This document shows positions 60,473 through 64,000 of a DNA stretch of 64,000 bases, piece after piece. The notes under the pieces were generated by a model, which was given only the letters and a program-made list of their open reading frames with translations, was not told the origin of the DNA and ran no database searches. Numbering within the stretch: the first letter of the stretch is position 1; the number at the start of each line of letters is the position of its first letter. The translations under genes were made by a program, and so were the position numbers. This DNA comes from an uncultured bacterium (GTDB lineage Bacteria; Zixibacteria; MSB-5A5; CAIYYT01), in assembly GCA_963726455.1 (NCBI GenBank), contig CAVSCK010000004.1, positions 1,834,641-1,898,640 on the forward strand, read 5' to 3'.

Positions 60473-60718
60473 CGAATTATGGCCTTCACTCCACACGTTG
60501 TCCAAAAGTCGAGCACTGGCGCTTTTCAGTCTGGAACACCGCCTTGCCACCGCTTGGCTTGCACGTACCAATCTGGAAGCTGACCGTTCCCCCGGTCTGT
60601 TGTTGCCTGCCGTTACCGTCCTATCAGATGACCGGTCGCCTGCGTAATAGATAGCGTACGCGAGCGACGTTTGAATCGCTCACTCTGGCAATCGCAAACG
60701 GACAAAAGCGAGGTAGAT

Positions 60719-61507
60719 ATGAACTTCAATTTCCGGATTCTGGCGTCGTTCCTCAGCGTTATGCTGCTGGTCGGTGTCGCGGAGGGTGCCTTGAAAACTC
60801 AAGTAGTTGAATACAAAGACGGCGATGTGACCTGCGAGGGCTATCTCGCCTACGACGACTCCCTGCAGGGACCGCGTCCGGGAGTGTTAATCATACATGA
60901 ATGGACCGGAGTCGGCCCCTATGTCAAGAAGCGCGCCGACATGCTCGCCCAGTTGGGCTATGTCGCCTTCGCGGCCGACATCTATGGTAAAGGTGTTCGC
61001 CCCAAAAACGCTGACGAAGCCCGCATCCAGGCCACTATCTATCGCAGCGACCGTCCCCTCATGCGCCGTCGCGCGCAGGCCGGCCTGCAAGTTCTTGCCA
61101 CCAACAAGATGGTGGATCCCAGGAAGATCGCCGCGATCGGTTACTGCTTTGGCGGTGGTGTAGCTCTGGAACTGGCCCGTAGTGGCGCAGATCTCGCTGG
61201 CGTCGTCTCGTTCCATGGCAACCTCGACACCCCCAATCCGGCAGACGCCAAAAGCATCAAGTGCAGAATCCTCGTGCAGCATGGCGGTTCGGACCAGGGC
61301 GTAGGTCCCGATCAGGTCGCTGCTTTCGAAAAGGAAATGACCGACGCCGGTGTCGACTGGGTACTGACCGTTTACGGTGGCGCCGTGCACGGCTTTACGA
61401 ATCCCGACAACGGCAACGATCCATCCAAGGGTGTCGCCTACAACGAAAAAGCCGACCTGCGATCATGGCAGGCGATGAAACAATTCTTCTCGGAAATTTT
61501 CAAGTGA
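60719..61507 (+). CDS. Dienelactone hydrolase family protein (exported)
   Basis: GAGG RBS and signal peptide. HEWTG, IGYCFGG, SFHGNL, VHGFT. Confidence 0.93.
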   Translation: MNFNFRILASFLSVMLLVGVAEGALKTQVVEYKDGDVTCEGYLAYDDSLQGPRPGVLIIHEWTGVGPYVKKRADMLAQLGYVAFAADIYGKGVRPKNADEARIQATIYRSDRPLMRRRAQAGLQVLATNKMVDPRKIAAIGYCFGGGVALELARSGADLAGVVSFHGNLDTPNPADAKSIKCRILVQHGGSDQGVGPDQVAAFEKEMTDAGVDWVLTVYGGAVHGFTNPDNGNDPSKGVAYNEKADLRSWQAMKQFFSEIFK

Positions 61508-61625
61508 CGACCGCCACCTCATCCATTTCATTGACAACGGGCGTTGACCATATTAGACTCCGCGACCAAATTCGCTAGCTTACGCTGCGGTCGAGGCCGG
61601 GTGGAATTATTTCAAGGAGGATCAA

Positions 61626-62375
61626 TTGCAGAACCTGAAAGGCAAAGTCGCGCTGGTGACCGGCGGCACCAAGGGCATCGGCCGCTCAGTGGCCCTGCGT
61701 CTGGCACAAGCCGGCGCCGATGTTGCAGTCAACTACTTCCGCAGCCGTGACGCTGCCGACCGGACCGTCGCCGAATTGCAGGCGCTCGGCTCGGACGCTA
61801 TTGCCATTCGCTCCAACGTCGGCAAGCATGAGTTGTTGCATCGCATCTTCGACGAAATCAAGTCCAAGTACGGCAAACTCGACATCCTCATCTCCAACGC
61901 GGCGCTTGGTCTCTACACCGAAGCCATGAAAATCGATGACAAGGCCTGGGACTTGTCCATGCACACCAACGCGCAGGCCTTCCTGCTCTGCGTCCAACAT
62001 GCCCACGATATGATGCCCGACGGCTCCCGCATTGTCTCGCTTTCCTCGCTCGGGTCGCATCGTTACATCGACGGCTACGCCGCTATCGGCGTCTCCAAAG
62101 CCGCGATCGAGACCTTGACTAAGTATCTTGCTTATGAACTTGCGCCACGCCGCATCAACGTCAACTGCGTTTCCGGCGGATTCATCGATACCGACGCTCT
62201 GAAGGTATTTCCATCCTACGATGAGATGTTCAAAGAAGTCGTCCGCCGCACTCCCTTTGGCCGTGTCGGTTCACCTGATGACGTCGCCGGAGTCGTCTTC
62301 TTCCTTTGCACCGACGACGCCCGCTGGATCACCGGCCAAACCATCATCGTCGACGGCGGCTACTCCCTCGCCTAA
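61626..62375 (+). CDS. fabL: FabL-like enoyl-ACP reductase (SDR family)
   Basis: TTG start with AAGGAGG RBS. TGGTKGIG, SNAA.G, SLSSLGS.RY..GY..IGVSKAA (Y-x6-K), ITGQTIIVDGG. Confidence 0.75.
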   Translation: MQNLKGKVALVTGGTKGIGRSVALRLAQAGADVAVNYFRSRDAADRTVAELQALGSDAIAIRSNVGKHELLHRIFDEIKSKYGKLDILISNAALGLYTEAMKIDDKAWDLSMHTNAQAFLLCVQHAHDMMPDGSRIVSLSSLGSHRYIDGYAAIGVSKAAIETLTKYLAYELAPRRINVNCVSGGFIDTDALKVFPSYDEMFKEVVRRTPFGRVGSPDDVAGVVFFLCTDDARWITGQTIIVDGGYSLA

Positions 62376-62674
62376 CGGCTGTAATCGCAGGTCGGCGTTC
62401 CGAGTCCCTTGCTTCAGCACCAAAATCGCCTATCTGCACCTTCCGCCTCGTGTGTCGCCGCGCCTCAAAACACCACGGGACGAGAAGCCCGACATTCGTT
62501 CAAGTCTGTACGTCAGCGAGCCCGAACTGCGTACCCCACCCGCAAAGGCGGAAATTGTAAGCAACGACATCTCCCCTCTTCGACAAAGTTTACTTTCGAC
62601 ACCCTGAATCTCCGTAACACTTTTGGGAACGAGCACCGTCAATTCCCGTTATGACAGAATAGAAAGAAGGTCCT

Positions 62675-63727
62675 GTGCCGCGAATTGTCGCAGTTGGTAA
62701 GGCGTTGCCGCCCTTTAAGATAACTCAGCAGGAAATCAAGGATTTCGCGCGTGAGCATTTTACCCGCGGCGGTTTCCATGCTGACCGCCTGCTCGAAATC
62801 TTTGACAACGCCCAAATTCACGAGCGCTATTTCTCGGTGCCGATGGAATGGTATACCGGCGATCGTTCGTTTGTCGACAAGAACGAGCAATACGTGCGCT
62901 CCTCCGAGGAATTGGGTGTCGCCGCCACTAACGATTGCCTGCAATCCGTCGGTGTCACACCTCAGCAAATCGACTACCTCATCTTCGTTTCGACCACCGG
63001 CCTGGCCACGCCCTCCATTGACGCCCGCCTGATCAACTTGCTGAACATGCGCAGCGATATTCGTCGTACGCCGATCTGGGGGCTGGGTTGCGCCGGCGGT
63101 GCCGCTGGATTGTCGCACGCCTATCATTATCTGCTGGGTCATCCCGAACACCGCGTTCTGATTGTGGCTGTCGAACTTTGCGGCCTCACTTTCCAGCAAG
63201 GCGATTTCTCCAAAAGCAATTTTGTCGCCACCGCGCTATTCGGTGAAGGCGCCGCCGCCGTGTTGATGACCGGCGATGATGTCGCTTCAGACGGCATTTC
63301 TGTTCTCGATACCCGCAGCACATTTTGGCCTGATTCGCTCGATGTCATGGGCTGGAACCTGATGAATTCCGGCATGCAGGTGGTATTTAGCCAGAGCATT
63401 CCGCAAATTGTGAAAACTCGCGCGCGCGAAAACCTCGACCGCTTTCTCGGCGACCACAACCTGACCTTGGGCGATATCTCGTACTTGATTCTTCATCCAG
63501 GAGGCGCCAAAGTCGTCGAGGCCTATCAGGAAGCTTTGGCTCTCACTAACGGCAAACTCGATCTCTGCCGCCAGGTGCTACGCGACTATGGCAATATGTC
63601 GGCGGTAACCGTCTTATTCGTTCTGTCCGAACATCTTCAGAGATACCCGCAACATTCTGGCAAACTGGGCGTTATCTCCGCCCTCGGACCCGGATTTTGC
63701 GCCGAGAATCTCCTCGTCCAATTTTAA
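62675..63727 (+). CDS. Type III polyketide synthase (chalcone synthase-like)
   Basis: Catalytic Cys-His-Asn in WGLGCAGG, HPGGAKV and YGNMS. ALFGEGAAA, ALGPGF. Confidence 0.93.
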   Translation: MPRIVAVGKALPPFKITQQEIKDFAREHFTRGGFHADRLLEIFDNAQIHERYFSVPMEWYTGDRSFVDKNEQYVRSSEELGVAATNDCLQSVGVTPQQIDYLIFVSTTGLATPSIDARLINLLNMRSDIRRTPIWGLGCAGGAAGLSHAYHYLLGHPEHRVLIVAVELCGLTFQQGDFSKSNFVATALFGEGAAAVLMTGDDVASDGISVLDTRSTFWPDSLDVMGWNLMNSGMQVVFSQSIPQIVKTRARENLDRFLGDHNLTLGDISYLILHPGGAKVVEAYQEALALTNGKLDLCRQVLRDYGNMSAVTVLFVLSEHLQRYPQHSGKLGVISALGPGFCAENLLVQF

Positions 63728-63853
63728 AAGTTGAGTTGATTTCCCGCTCAGTTTGTATAACTTCTCGTTCTTAATTTCAGCCGGTGATCGGTACAATGTG
63801 TCCGATCCCGATGTAGAAAATGAACTGAAGCCATAGCAACATAAGGAGATGCG

Positions 63854-64000
63854 ATGAAAAAACTAACTACGCTCATAGCGATCGCGGCATTTTTGACATT
63901 CGTTTTTGCCGCTTCCGCTCTGGCGCTAACCGCAGCCGACACGGCCAAGACGCTCCCGACCGTCAAGTCGGCAGAGACCGAAAAAGCTGCCAAAACCGAG
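63854..64000 (+). CDS. Secreted protein, 3'-truncated by window edge
   Basis: AAGGAG RBS; MKKLTTLIAIAAFLTFVFAASALA signal peptide; frame open to the end. Confidence 0.7.
   Translation, partial: MKKLTTLIAIAAFLTFVFAASALALTAADTAKTLPTVKSAETEKAAKTE

Noticed and set aside
62391-62493. Imperfect inverted repeat (GTCGG..GTCCC / GGGAC..CCGAC) between fabL and the PKS as an ncRNA
   Set aside because: Single copy, weak pairing and no recognisable family; cannot be supported from sequence alone.

Overview
Bacterial chromosomal window of moderate-high GC, probably from an FCB-related lineage such as candidate Zixibacteria. That assignment is an inference from the GD.D..G.IDISD.VYLI.YIF.GGPAP dockerins and the QNYPNPFNP...KKMTLMK secretion tails. 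(1) 1-10.4 kb: an apparent trans-envelope electron conduit made of an inner-membrane protein, a 20-heme cytochrome, a giant ~70-heme cytochrome built from 72-aa triheme repeats (split by two frameshifts), a beta-barrel porin, and a membrane-anchored 2x[4Fe-4S]/FAD oxidoreductase with a circularly permuted TrxR-like fold. (2) 10.8-27.8 kb: large secreted modular proteins, including a non-cellulosomal cohesin/dockerin set and two proteases, plus tRNA-Ser(GGA). (3) 28-40.5 kb: secDF, a tmk to manC/manB operon, an S9 peptidase and a CDGSH protein. (4) 40.6-43.6 kb: a tandemly duplicated RRM-protein unit with an MNT-HEPN toxin-antitoxin pair. (5) 43.8-52.7 kb: creD-like gene, an inositol-lipid operon, a GT-C-like protein and a TPR-CHAT protease. 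(6) 52.8-60.4 kb: a porin-porin-MCP-MCP-cheW operon containing a hidden 28-codon porin-tail ORF. (7) 60.7-64 kb: dienelactone hydrolase, FabL-like SDR, type III PKS and a partial secreted protein. Five frameshifts in the first 15.4 kb look like sequencing indels. All calls come from reading motifs by eye; no searches were run.
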